DNA of 64,000 bases from Camelus dromedarius (taxonomy: Eukaryota): NCBI RefSeq assembly GCF_036321535.1, contig NC_087436.1, forward strand, positions 88,848,001 through 88,912,000. The letters are read 5' to 3'. Of this stretch, positions 56,501-64,000 are shown piece by piece. Made by a program: the position numbers and the translations under genes. Below the pieces are notes generated by a model, which worked only from the letters and a program-made list of their open reading frames with translations, did no database searches and was not told the origin of the DNA. Numbering within the stretch: position 1 is the first letter of the stretch; every line of letters begins with the position of its first letter.

Positions 56501-58319
56501 TGAAAACCATCATCCTGCACCCTCGCTATAGTCGAGCAGTGGTGGACTATGACATCAGCATTGTGGAGCTAAGCGAAGACATCAGTGAAACAAGCTATGT
56601 CAGACCTGTCTGCTTACCCAGCCCGGAGCAGTCATTAGAACCTGACACTTACTGCTATATCACAGGCTGGGGACACATGGGCAACAAAAGTAAGTCAGGA
56701 TCCTTAGGAGCAATTGCCTTTCAGCTTGTAACTGGAAAACACTGGGGTACTTCCTAGTCTTTGGCAATAATTTCCTATTTTCACTTATCATACTTAGCAT
56801 ATGTATCACCCTCCCTTCTGTGCAAATCCTGGACGTCAGTCCTTCCTAATGCACTTAAACTTACCAAGCCCAGATACAACCTCAAAAATCCTTCTCCATA
56901 CCTCAGAATCTTTCTCCAGGGAGCCGCTACCAATGTTTTGGAGCTGCCATGCAAGAAGAGACCTGTCAGTCATCCCTGCCTTGCAGTGTCTCCATCAGTG
57001 ATTTAAACCCACTGTAGGCAAAGTCACTCAGAGCCTCCACCTAGCAGTTAGGTAGTTCCGCTCCTGCAATCAAGCTGCATGGTGACATTTCCAGCTCTTT
57101 GTTATGATTTGGTCTTATCACCATCTGTAACACAACCTGGAAGTCCTTCTCGAAAGAAGGACTGTTTAAATTGATTTGCCTATTTAAACTGATTTAAATA
57201 GCTTGATGATCTCAAAATACAAAACATACAGAGATTTAAAAAATGGGTGTACTGTTTATTCTCAGCCCCCATAAAGGACCCTCTCATTCTGCATGACCTA
57301 TTAGAAGTTTAGCATAAGAATTTAATCAAGGAGACATTTTCTTTAATGGTAAGCACTGGCCACTCCAGTTACATCAGGCTTACTCCCGTGGCCCTTGGGA
57401 ATGATGACAACTTGGGAAACTCCCACTGTCTGCATTGCATTGATTTTTCTAAACATGATTCTTTCTTCCAACAAGATACCCTGTCCATAGACATTGCTTC
57501 ACCATCACTAAAAGGAGAGCAGTGTGTATTTTGTAGAATGGCTAACCAACAAGAGATTCCTTCTGTCTTGCTTTGAGAAATCAACTGTTATTCTGTGAGG
57601 ACTTTCGAGTGAGATGCAAGTTACATATTCTCTCTGTTGACCCTAAGGGATGGCTTTTCCCTCTCAACATCTCTTCTGATTTATCCTCTAGGGTAAAATG
57701 TCCTTATCTCAGAAGATGGTTACTGTAGCACGTGGTGAGACACAGCATTTAAGCCAAGGATGGGGCAGCCCTTCCCGTTAGACTGAACAGGTGTTCTGAA
57801 CTTGAGCAGAACCAGGCTTACGTGCTGAGCTGTCACTAAGCTGGAAGCCTCCAGTCTGGGGCAGAGCTCCGCCTTAATTATCTACCTTTTCTTTGTAGTA
57901 ACCATTGTTTTGTTGCCACATAAGGGGAAAGGTGCGAGCCAGGTTACCTAAGCAGTTGTGTGCCTCAATTTTCTCATTAACAAAATGAAGGGCTTTGAGT
58001 AAATGATGGCCGTCAGCACTTCTAATTGGAAAATTCTGATTCCAAACAAGCCTTGTCTTTAAAACGACATTTTAAAGTCAAGAATGTGGTTTTCCTGATG
58101 CAAACAATCATTTCATATATGGCTAGCCTCATTTTTGGGTTATTTTAGCCTCATTTATTTTACTTCTTCTTTTTAAAAACTCCAGTGCCTTTTAAGCTGC
58201 AAGAGGGAGAAGTCCGCATTATTCCCCTGGAGCAGTGTCAGTCCTACTTTGACATGAAGACCATCACCACCCGGATGATCTGTGCGGGCTATGAGTCTGG
58301 CACAGTCGACTCGTGCATG
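6774..58319 (+). CDS. CORIN: CORIN (corin, type II transmembrane serine protease), partial spliced CDS of 11 exons: 6774-7005, 10068-10213, 11254-11361, 18612-18725, 20529-20639, 21857-21986, 36968-37084, 39142-39191, 39334-39508, 56418-56689, 58186-58319; the gene continues beyond both window ends
   Basis: All exons have AG/GT boundaries with compatible phases and sum to 1589 nt (2 nt + 529 codons) without a stop. The translation matches corin as I know it: Fz2, LDLR6-8, SRCR, KR/ILGG activation site, AHC and DYDI catalytic motifs. Confidence 0.98.
10068..10213 (+). CDS. CORIN: CORIN exon (probably 12), Frizzled-2 domain C-terminal part
   Basis: cttttag|AACTCTG...GTGGAAG|gttaat; encodes [48 protein letters not shown]. 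Confidence 0.96.
10441..10667 (+). pseudogene. Full-length U2 snRNA retropseudogene with 3' extension and A-rich tail
   Basis: tcacttctcggccttttggctaagatcatgtgtagtatctg...ggtgcacccc follows U2 snRNA end to end with many substitutions. It has an A-rich tail and a TSD: aaagtaaattgcag (10427-10440) / aaagtaaactgtag (10668-10681). Confidence 0.93.
11254..11361 (+). CDS. CORIN: CORIN exon (probably 13), LDLR class A repeat 6
   Basis: taacag|AATGC...TGTG|gtatgt; encodes [35 protein letters not shown]. Confidence 0.96.
13662..13729. repeat. 34-bp tandem duplication (2 copies)
   Basis: gtttggaagaattatgtgaatgtgaacacatca occurs at 13662-13694 and 13696-13728. Confidence 0.95.
18612..18725 (+). CDS. 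CORIN: CORIN exon (probably 14), LDLR class A repeat 7
   Basis: ctccag|GATGT...TGCT|gtaagt; encodes [37 protein letters not shown]. Confidence 0.96.
20529..20639 (+). CDS. CORIN: CORIN exon (probably 15), LDLR class A repeat 8
   Basis: tgccag|CATTT...TGTG|gtgagc; encodes [36 protein letters not shown]. Confidence 0.96.
21857..21986 (+). CDS. CORIN: CORIN exon (probably 16), scavenger receptor (SRCR) domain, first part
   Basis: cctcag|TGACC...TTAGG|gtaagg; encodes [42 protein letters not shown]. Confidence 0.95.
23305..23590 (-). mobile_element. Old LINE-1 (L1M-type) 3' fragment, approximate limits
   Basis: ttaaccatttaaaagtgtataatccagtggcatttagtatattcatagtgttgtgc motif. Confidence 0.7.
25645..26345 (-). 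mobile_element. Old LINE-1 (L1MB-like) 3' end, approximate limits
   Basis: L1 antisense motifs (ggacatttgggttgtttccacttttgggctattatgaataatgctgctatgaacattc). Confidence 0.85.
26934..27288 (+). mobile_element. MaLR solo LTR (MLT1A/MST-like)
   Basis: tgctatagactgag...gatggtattaagaggtgggg...aataaatctctgttgttgataagc...ca; TG..CA ends. Confidence 0.85.
32448..32665 (+). mobile_element. MER20 (hAT-Charlie non-autonomous DNA transposon)
   Basis: TIRs cagtgtttttcaa...gagaaaccctg and internal ccctacagtgcacaggacagcccc. Confidence 0.85.
32770..32956 (+). mobile_element. MER5A (hAT-Charlie)
   Basis: ttcaaagtgtggtcccagacc..agcatctgcatcacctggga...aaagtttgaaaaccactg, preceded by a TCTAGA target. Confidence 0.88.
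33459..33601 (-). mobile_element. Short LINE-1 3' tail with TSD
   Basis: L1 tail flanked by ccacatacttttt at ~33445 and ~33602. Confidence 0.8.
36052..36280 (-). mobile_element. Short LINE-1 3' tail, approximate limits
   Basis: aatgttagtttcaggtgcacagcaaagtgactcagttatac...tccctgtgctatacagtagg motif. Confidence 0.8.
36968..37084 (+). CDS. CORIN: CORIN exon (probably 17), SRCR domain, second part
   Basis: tatcag|AGAGCC...GAAGG|gtaaga; encodes [38 protein letters not shown]. Confidence 0.95.
37719..37745. repeat. (AGAT)n microsatellite
   Basis: agatagatagatagatagatagataga. Confidence 0.9.
39142..39191 (+). CDS. CORIN: CORIN exon (probably 18), 50-bp exon ending the SRCR domain
   Basis: ccctag|GCAGTC...CAAG|gtgaga; encodes [16 protein letters not shown]. 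Confidence 0.95.
39334..39508 (+). CDS. CORIN: CORIN exon (probably 19), zymogen activation site and catalytic His
   Basis: tggtag|ACTGT...GAGGG|gtaagc; encodes [57 protein letters not shown]. Confidence 0.97.
39926..40334 (-). mobile_element. ERVL solo LTR (MLT2-like)
   Basis: tgtattagtcagggttctccagagaaacaga...ggcacataaagtaaatcatca. Confidence 0.85.
40475..40908 (-). mobile_element. Old MLT1-type LTR, approximate limits
   Basis: gattctggaggtcagacatccagacaggacatagc...ttaaaaaccaccata. Confidence 0.6.
44857..45208 (+). mobile_element. MaLR solo LTR (MLT1A-like) nested in L2
   Basis: gttatggactgcatggctgtgtcccccct...gatggtattaggaggtggggccc...ccagtctatgataatttgttttagcagccc. Confidence 0.85.
45732..46295 (-). 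mobile_element. MaLR solo LTR (MLT1B/C-like) nested in L2 and interrupted by a small poly(A) insert
   Basis: cataacaaagtaccacaaactgggtggcttgaacaacagaa...ccataaca; perfect 5-bp TSD actat (45727-45731 / 46296-46300). Confidence 0.88.
46876..49923 (-). mobile_element. Young 5'-truncated LINE-1 (~3 kb) with an open 838-aa ORF2 fragment (RT and C-terminal Cys-rich domain, no endonuclease)
   Basis: ORF 47232-49748 has L1 ORF2 motifs (SPGPDGF, NYRPISL, YADD, CWRGC..HCWWEC), followed by a 3' UTR and poly(A). Perfect 14-bp TSD tcttcctcaccttt at 46862-46875 and 49924-49937. Confidence 0.97.
51502..53236 (-). mobile_element. 5'-truncated, degenerate LINE-1 (ORF2 3' part and 3' UTR)
   Basis: Frameshifted ORF2 fragments at 52157-52372 and 52597-53190. 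12-bp TSD ctgggtactttt at 51490-51501 and 53237-53248, at a TTTT/GA endonuclease-type site. Confidence 0.95.
53561..53588. repeat. (GT)14 microsatellite
   Basis: Perfect GT run. Confidence 0.95.
54280..54745 (-). mobile_element. LINE-1 3' end fragment, approximate limits
   Basis: tttttattaaggtatagttgatgtacaat...ttagattccacatata...gtagtattccactatgtata. Confidence 0.8.
54780..55975. mobile_element. LINE-2 relic, approximate limits
   Basis: aacaaatacttgctgagaatgcactgcatgccagg...tgaggaggtgatgtttgagctggga... Confidence 0.7.
56418..56689 (+). CDS. CORIN: CORIN exon (probably 20), protease domain with catalytic Asp
   Basis: ttttag|GAGAG...AAAA|gtaagt; encodes [20 protein letters not shown]...[21 protein letters not shown]...RPVCLP...[12 protein letters not shown]. 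Confidence 0.97.
58186..58319 (+). CDS. CORIN: CORIN exon (probably 21), protease domain up to the S1-pocket Asp
   Basis: ctccag|TGCCT...TGCATG|gtaagt; encodes [44 protein letters not shown]. The following GDSGGP exon is not in the window. Confidence 0.97.
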
Positions 58320-59434
58320 GTAAGTTGCTTTCTGGTTACCAAGGAGATTCAGTTCAGCACTGGCTTCATAGGGTTCACTTAAACTCATTATTATTCATGT
58401 GTGGCCCTTTGGGAACATTTTTTGAAAATCATTTGTGACCGAATGTTTAATTATTCACCAGGTGTTTTCCTTTACCCAGGACCAATCTACCTCCCCCAAT
58501 CTACCTCCACGTCCCCCACTCAGGTTGCCTTCTGCTCTCTCACCTCCTGCATGGGGTCAGCAACAGGAGGAAAAACGACTGTTCTGGTCCATCTCATGGC
58601 ACCATTTTAGCGGGTAGGAGGAGCAGTGTTCCGAGAGCAGGTGGTCTCTCACCTGCGGTCCCCATGGTTTCACGCAGGCTGCCCAAGGAAGCGGGGCGTA
58701 GACACCAAGGACGTATTCAACCACTGGGGTGTTGGCATTAAAGTACACACAACACCCCAGCCTCCCAGGTGAGTGACACAACTACCTGTGTTCCAGGAGT
58801 TGATCACACTGGCATTGTCTGGGCCTGCACTTGATTGCTAGTGTGTCTTCAAATGTCACTGCACATGACCTTTCGAATCAGGATTTCTAGTCACAATGGT
58901 TCGTAGAACATGCTAACTTAACAATTCAGGGAAGCATTTTTATTTTTATTTAAACACTCATTCAGTATTATCCTGGACTGGCTCCCAGGGGAGAAGGGGC
59001 CAGCACTCAAAGCAGCTTATAACAGAGTAGGGAAGGCAGTTACTACACTACACTGCTCTGAAGCACCTTGGTTGTTTCACTGCTTTGGAGAAGATCAAAC
59101 TGCCCCCACATTTTAGAATCGGAGAAGAGATGCAACAATGTTATCGCCCCTAACCCAGCATATAAAATGACATTTAGATGGGCCATTTCAAAATGGGCAA
59201 ATTAGAGGATCAGAAATGGCCCAGAGGTGATTCTTTAGACAGTTGTCATGGGAAACAGGGAGGCAGATGGTGCCCTTGAAGTTTCATTGAGTCACCTTCC
59301 CTTCTGCCCCCACTGGCCACAAGTCATCCAGCTGAGGCGGGCGGTGGTAGGGGAATCCTAGCCTTCCATGCAAGGGGCCTAGGTTGGATAGCCCACGCCA
59401 AAAAAAAAAAGAAAAAAAAAAAGTGTTCTGGGAG

Positions 59435-59930
59435 GCAGCACGGTGTTGGGCGTAGGACACATGATTGGCAACCTGGAAGATCTGGGTTGGATCCCATCTC
59501 TGCCAGTAAGAACAGTGTGACCTGGAGAAGTTACTTAACCTCTCTAGAAAGTTTTCTTCCGAGTAAGATGGTATTGATTCTGTTTTGCAGGGTGTTATGT
59601 AGATTAAGTTAATATATGTGAAAGTCCCAATTTTTTTAACACAGCTGTATATGATGTCTGGCATATGCCTTCAATGAATATCAACATGTGAATGTTAACA
59701 TCTATCAGTTGGTGCTTACTATATTCCAGGACCTCTTCTAAATACTGTCTAATAACTCATTTAATTCTCAGTCATTATGCTCGTTTTTCCTACTTTACAG
59801 ATCAAGAAGACAAAGGACTAGAGAGGTTAAGTAATTTACCCCATATCACCCAGCATTAACGTGGCAGAATGCAGATATGAACCCAGACAGTCTGGCTTCA
59901 GGATCCAAGTGCTTGGCCACTACACTATCC
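59435..59930. mobile_element. Two adjacent MIR SINEs in opposite orientation; other MIR fragments at about 7520-7715, 14870-15000, 16600-17040, 27735-27925, 34020-34230, 41100-41270 and 63280-63440
   Basis: MIR core motifs (tgtgtgacctggagaagttacttaacctctct; agagaggttaagtaatttacccc). Confidence 0.7.
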
Positions 59931-60167
59931 TAGTAGCAATGATTAATGTGAATACATTTCACCCTGTTGCCAACATGATCTGGAGGTCTACTAAAAACTA
60001 CTGCCTCTTCATCTCTTGATAATTGCTAATGGGAGGGGAAGAGATTCTTTGAAAGAGAAGTGAAGACCCAACATAGACATAGGAATGTTTATATCATAAT
60101 CCCAAATAGGGACCAGGTCCTGCCAGCTTCTTTAGTGGTGGGAATTCAGCACTTTGGGTAGCTTTTT

Positions 60168-62106
60168 ATTTATTATTAATTAATTAATTTTTATTGAAGT
60201 ATAGTCAGTTTACAATGTTGTATCAATTTCTGGTGCACAGCACAATATTTCAGTCATAATGAACATACATATATTTTCATCATAGGCTATTACAAGATAT
60301 TGAATACAGGTCCCTGTGTTATACAGTATGAACTTGTTATTTATCTATTTTATATATAATAGTTAGTACTTGCAAATCTTGAACTCCCAGTTTACCCCCT
60401 CCTACTCCCTTCCTCCCTGGTAACCATGTTTGTTCTCTATGTCTGTGAGTCTGTTTCTGTTTTGTAAATAAGTTCATTTGTTTTTTGTTTTTTAATTTAG
60501 ATTCCACATATAAATATCATATGGTATTTTTCTTTCTCCTTCTGACTTAACTTCACTTAGAATGACAATCTTCAGGTCCATTCATGTTGCTGGAAATGGC
60601 ATTATTTTATTATTTTTTATGGCTGAGTTGTATTCCATTGTATAAATACACCACAACTTCTTTATCCAGTTATCTGTTGATGGACGTTTAGGTTGTTTCC
60701 ATGTCTTGGCTATTGTATATAGTGCTGCTACGAACATTGGGGAGAAGGTATCTTTCTGAACTAAGGTTCCCTCTGGATATATGCCCAGGAGTGGGATTTC
60801 TGGATCATATGGTAGGTCTATTTTTAGTCTTTTGAGGAATCTCCATACTGTTTTCCATAACGGCTGCACCAGACTACATACCCACCAACAGTGTAGGAGG
60901 GCTCCCTTTTCTCCTTGCCCTCTCCAGTGTTTGTCATTTGTGGACTTTTGAATGATGGCCATTCTGACTGGTGTGAGGTGAATCCTCATTGTAGTTTTGA
61001 TTTGCAAGAGGGAGAAGTCTGCATTATTCCCCTGGAGCAGTGTCAGTCCTACTTTGACATGAAGACCATCATCACTCGGATGATCTGTGCGGGCTGAGTC
61101 TGATAGTTAGCAATATTGAACATTTTTTCATGTGCCTATTGGCCATTTGTATGTCTTTATTGGAAAATTTCTTGTTTAGGTCTTCTGCCCATTTTTGGAT
61201 TTGGTTGTTTTTTTGTTACTAAGTTGTATGAGCTGTTTGTATATTCTGGAAATTAAGCCTTATTAGTCTCATAATTTGCAAGTATTTTCTCTCAGTCCAT
61301 AGGTTTTCTTCTCATTTTGCTTATAGTTTCCTGTGCTGTGCAAAAGCTTATAAGTTTTAACTAGGTCCCATTTGTTTATTTTTGTTTTTACTTCTAGCAC
61401 CTTGGTATACTGCCCTAGGAGAACATTGCTAAGATTTATGTCAGAGAATGTTTTGCCTATGTTTTCTTCTAGGAGGTTTATAGTGTCTTGTATTTAAGTC
61501 TTTAAGCCATTTTGAGTTTATTTTTGTGTATGGTGTTAGGGAGCGTTCTAACTTCATTGATTTACTTGCTGCTGTCTAGTTTTCCCAATACCATTTGCTG
61601 AAGAGATTGTCTTTACTCCATTGTATGTTCTTGCCTCCTTTGTCAAAGATTAATTGACCAAAAGTTTACTGGTTTATTTCCAGGCTCTCTATTCTATTTC
61701 ATTGATCTATATGGGTCTGTTTTTGCACCAACACCAAGTTATTTTAATTACTGTAGCTCTATAGTATTGTCTGAAGTCTGAGGGTTATTCCTCCAGCTTT
61801 TGTTCCTTTTCTTCAGTATTGCTTTGGTAATTCTGGGTCTTTTGTGATTCCATATAAATTTTAGGATTATTTGTTCCAGTTCTGTGAAAAATGTCCTGAG
61901 TAATCTGATAGGGATCACATTAAATCTCTAGATTGCTTTGGGTAGTATGGCCATTTTAACAATATTAATTCTTCCAATCCAAGAACATGGGCTATCTTTC
62001 CATTCCTTTAAGTCATCTTTAATTTCCTTAGTCAGATTTATTCCTAAGTTTTTTTTTTTTGATGCAATTTTAAAAGGGATTATTTCTTTACTTTCCTTCT
62101 CTGATA
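60168..62106 (-). mobile_element. 5'-truncated, degenerate LINE-1 interrupted by a CORIN exon fragment
   Basis: Colinear with the L1s at 46.9-49.9 kb and 51.5-53.2 kb. TSD tgggtagcttttt (60155-60167) / tgggtatcttttt (62107-62119). Confidence 0.94.
61003..61102 (+). pseudogene. 100-bp duplicated fragment of the CORIN exon at 58186-58319, inserted in an L1
   Basis: Matches 58198-58299 except three C/T substitutions and one 2-bp deletion. It lacks the exon's own splice sites. Confidence 0.95.
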
Positions 62107-62684
62107 TGGGTATCTTTTTAGAATGCTCATCAGATGCTCTCTAATATAAGCCAAGGTAGAAAACAGAACAAAAGCTACTTTTTACCAGGTCTGGAGCAAG
62201 ATTATTCACCAGACCCTCCCATTATCTTCCTTAATTGCATCAGTGAGATGCACTGGAAGCCATGGGTCCCTCTGTTAAGGTCTAGAAATCATGGGACTCA
62301 ATACCGAAACAAAATACAAACTTTGGCCTAAAGGCCCACATTACAAAGAAGAAAAGAGGACCAAAAAAACCAAACTGTGCCTTAAGCTGTAGTCTCCCTT
62401 TCATTTTGAATCACTACTTCTTCACCTCTTGTTTTCCAGTAATTGTCTACCTGCTTCACTGAGCCTACGTTCTCCTCCACCTGGAAGTAATCACCCTTTC
62501 CTTTGAAGACTCCTTTACTTACAGCCCTTAGATTTTCCTTTCTTGTAAAGTTATTCTCATTACCCAAGTGGACTTTTGGCCCCTTAGGGCCAAAAAGAGT
62601 TTCTTATTCATTTGTGTAGACCTGAGCATAGAATCTTTAAAAAAGTAGATGCTAAATGATCTGGCTAAGTTTTTGATCTGGAAG

Positions 62685-63255
62685 AGTCTGATATGAATAT
62701 TGCTATCCCTGCTTTCCTGCTGTTTCCATTTGTATGAAATACCTTTTTTCCATCCCCTCACTTTCACTCTGGGTGTTTCTTTTGCCCTTAAGTGAGTCTT
62801 TCGTAGGCAGCATATTGTGAGTTCTTGTTTTTTTTCATCAATCTGCCAACTCTGTCTTTTGGTTGGAGCATTTAGTCCATTGTTCAGACGATTTAGTCCA
62901 ATGGCCAGTCCATTGATAGGTGTACACTTACTGCTATTATAAATCTCGTTTTCCAGGTGTTTTGTAGTTCTTCATTTCGTCTTCTTTTTGTTTTTCCATT
63001 TGTAGTATGCTTGAGTTCCTTTCTTTTTGGTTTTTGTGAATCTGTTGTATTTGATTTGTGGTTATCATGGAGTTCAAGTATGTTCATCCGTAACTATGTC
63101 TGCTTGCTTTAAACTGATAGTCATGCAAGTTCAAACACATTATAAAAGATCTACATTTGTGTATTCCCCTCCCCCATATTTTGTGATTTTAATGTCCTAT
63201 TTTACAGCTTAATGCTTATCCTTTTGCTGTTAATTGTAGTTATAATCACTTTTAC
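62685..63255 (-). mobile_element. LINE-1 internal fragment (start of the ORF2 endonuclease and upstream sequence), approximate limits
   Basis: The minus strand translates to KVRGWKK-like L1 endonuclease N-terminal residues; degenerate. Confidence 0.75.
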
Positions 63256-63444
63256 AAAAAAAAATTGATTGGCCAAGTACTTGCATTCTGAAGCCAGACG
63301 GCATGGGTTCATACCTTTATTCTGCCACCTTAATGCCGGGTGATATGGAGTAGATTACTTAACCTCTCTGGTCCTTTGTCTTCTTGATCTATAAAGTAAG
63401 AGAAATAATGATACTGCCACGAGGGATGATTGTGAGAAAAATTC

Positions 63445-64000
63445 GTATCTCAACATAGTAAAAGCCATTTATGACAAACCCACAGCTAACACTCAATGGT
63501 GAAAAGCTAAAAGCCTTTCTGCTAGACTCAGAATCAAGACAAGGATGCTCACTCTCACTCCTACTCAACACAGCATTGGAAGTCCTGTTCACAGAAATCA
63601 GACAAGAAATAAATGGCATCCAACTTGGAAGGGAATAGGTAAAACTATAACTATTTGCAGATGATATGATACTCTATGTAGAGAATCCTAAAGTCTCCAC
63701 TCAGAAACTGTTAGAATAAATGAATTCACCAAGGTAGCAGGATACAAGATTAACATATAAAAATATGTTGCATTTCTTTACACTAACAATGAAATATCGG
63801 AAAGAGAAGGTTAAAAAAAAATCCCATTTAAAATTTTGTCAAAAAATACCTAGGAATAAATTTAACCTATGAGGTGAAAGACCTTTAGGCTGAAAACTAC
63901 AGGGAAACTGAAGATGATTTAAAGACATGGAAAGCTATCCCATGCTCTTGCATAGGAAGAATTAATATTGTTAAAATGACCATACTACCCAAAGCAATCT
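63445..64000 (+). mobile_element. LINE-1 ORF2 RT region, sense to CORIN, running off the window end
   Basis: [19 protein letters not shown] and LFADDM motifs; frameshifts and stops are present. Confidence 0.92.

Noticed and set aside
60915..61097. 61-aa ORF ending in corin-like [31 protein letters not shown], as a second protease gene or a mutually exclusive exon
   Set aside because: It is antisense L1 sequence fused by chance to the inserted fragment. The exon's splice sites are absent, and a 2-bp deletion gives an immediate stop.
61003..61102. The exon copy as an assembly artefact
   Set aside because: It carries its own substitutions and an indel, and has precise microhomology junctions. 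An artefact is unlikely but not excluded without reads.
51490..62119. Similar TSDs (ctgggtactttt and tgggtagcttttt) of two L1s, suggesting a segmental duplication or site-specific targeting
   Set aside because: The flanks outside the TSDs are unrelated and the truncation points differ. The T-run reflects endonuclease preference; the rest is probably chance.
62685..64000. Opposite-orientation L1 pieces as one twin-primed inversion
   Set aside because: An older MIR lies between them, so they are more likely separate insertions.
1..64000. Remaining short six-frame ORFs; CRISPR, rRNA or tRNA genes; any prokaryote-type system
   Set aside because: This is mammalian intronic DNA. The ORFs are random, repeat-derived, or exon plus intron read-through, and I saw no such arrays or RNA genes.

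Overview
Mammalian genomic DNA. It is probably camelid: it carries cetartiodactyl-type L1 3' ends, and I recognise no ruminant, pig or cetacean SINEs (an inference). The window covers the 3' half of the CORIN gene (atrial natriuretic peptide-converting enzyme) on the + strand. Eleven GT-AG exons (6774-58319, probably exons 11-21 of 22) splice in frame, 1589 nt with no stop. They encode Frizzled-2, LDLR repeats 6-8, SRCR, the activation site and most of the trypsin-like domain; the exon with the catalytic Ser lies beyond the window. The introns hold three TSD-bounded antisense L1s (one very young), a U2 snRNA retropseudogene, MLT LTRs, MER20/MER5A, MIR and L2. I see no new multi-gene system. 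The most unusual structures are: a 100-bp copy of CORIN exon sequence patched into a nearby L1 with 4-bp microhomologies at both ends; a short 3' transduction on the young L1; a U2 retrocopy that seems to include unprocessed 3' flank; an orphan poly(A)-tailed insert inside an MLT1 LTR; and an old ~240-bp inverted duplication. Repeat family names come from recognition by eye, and boundaries without TSDs are approximate.
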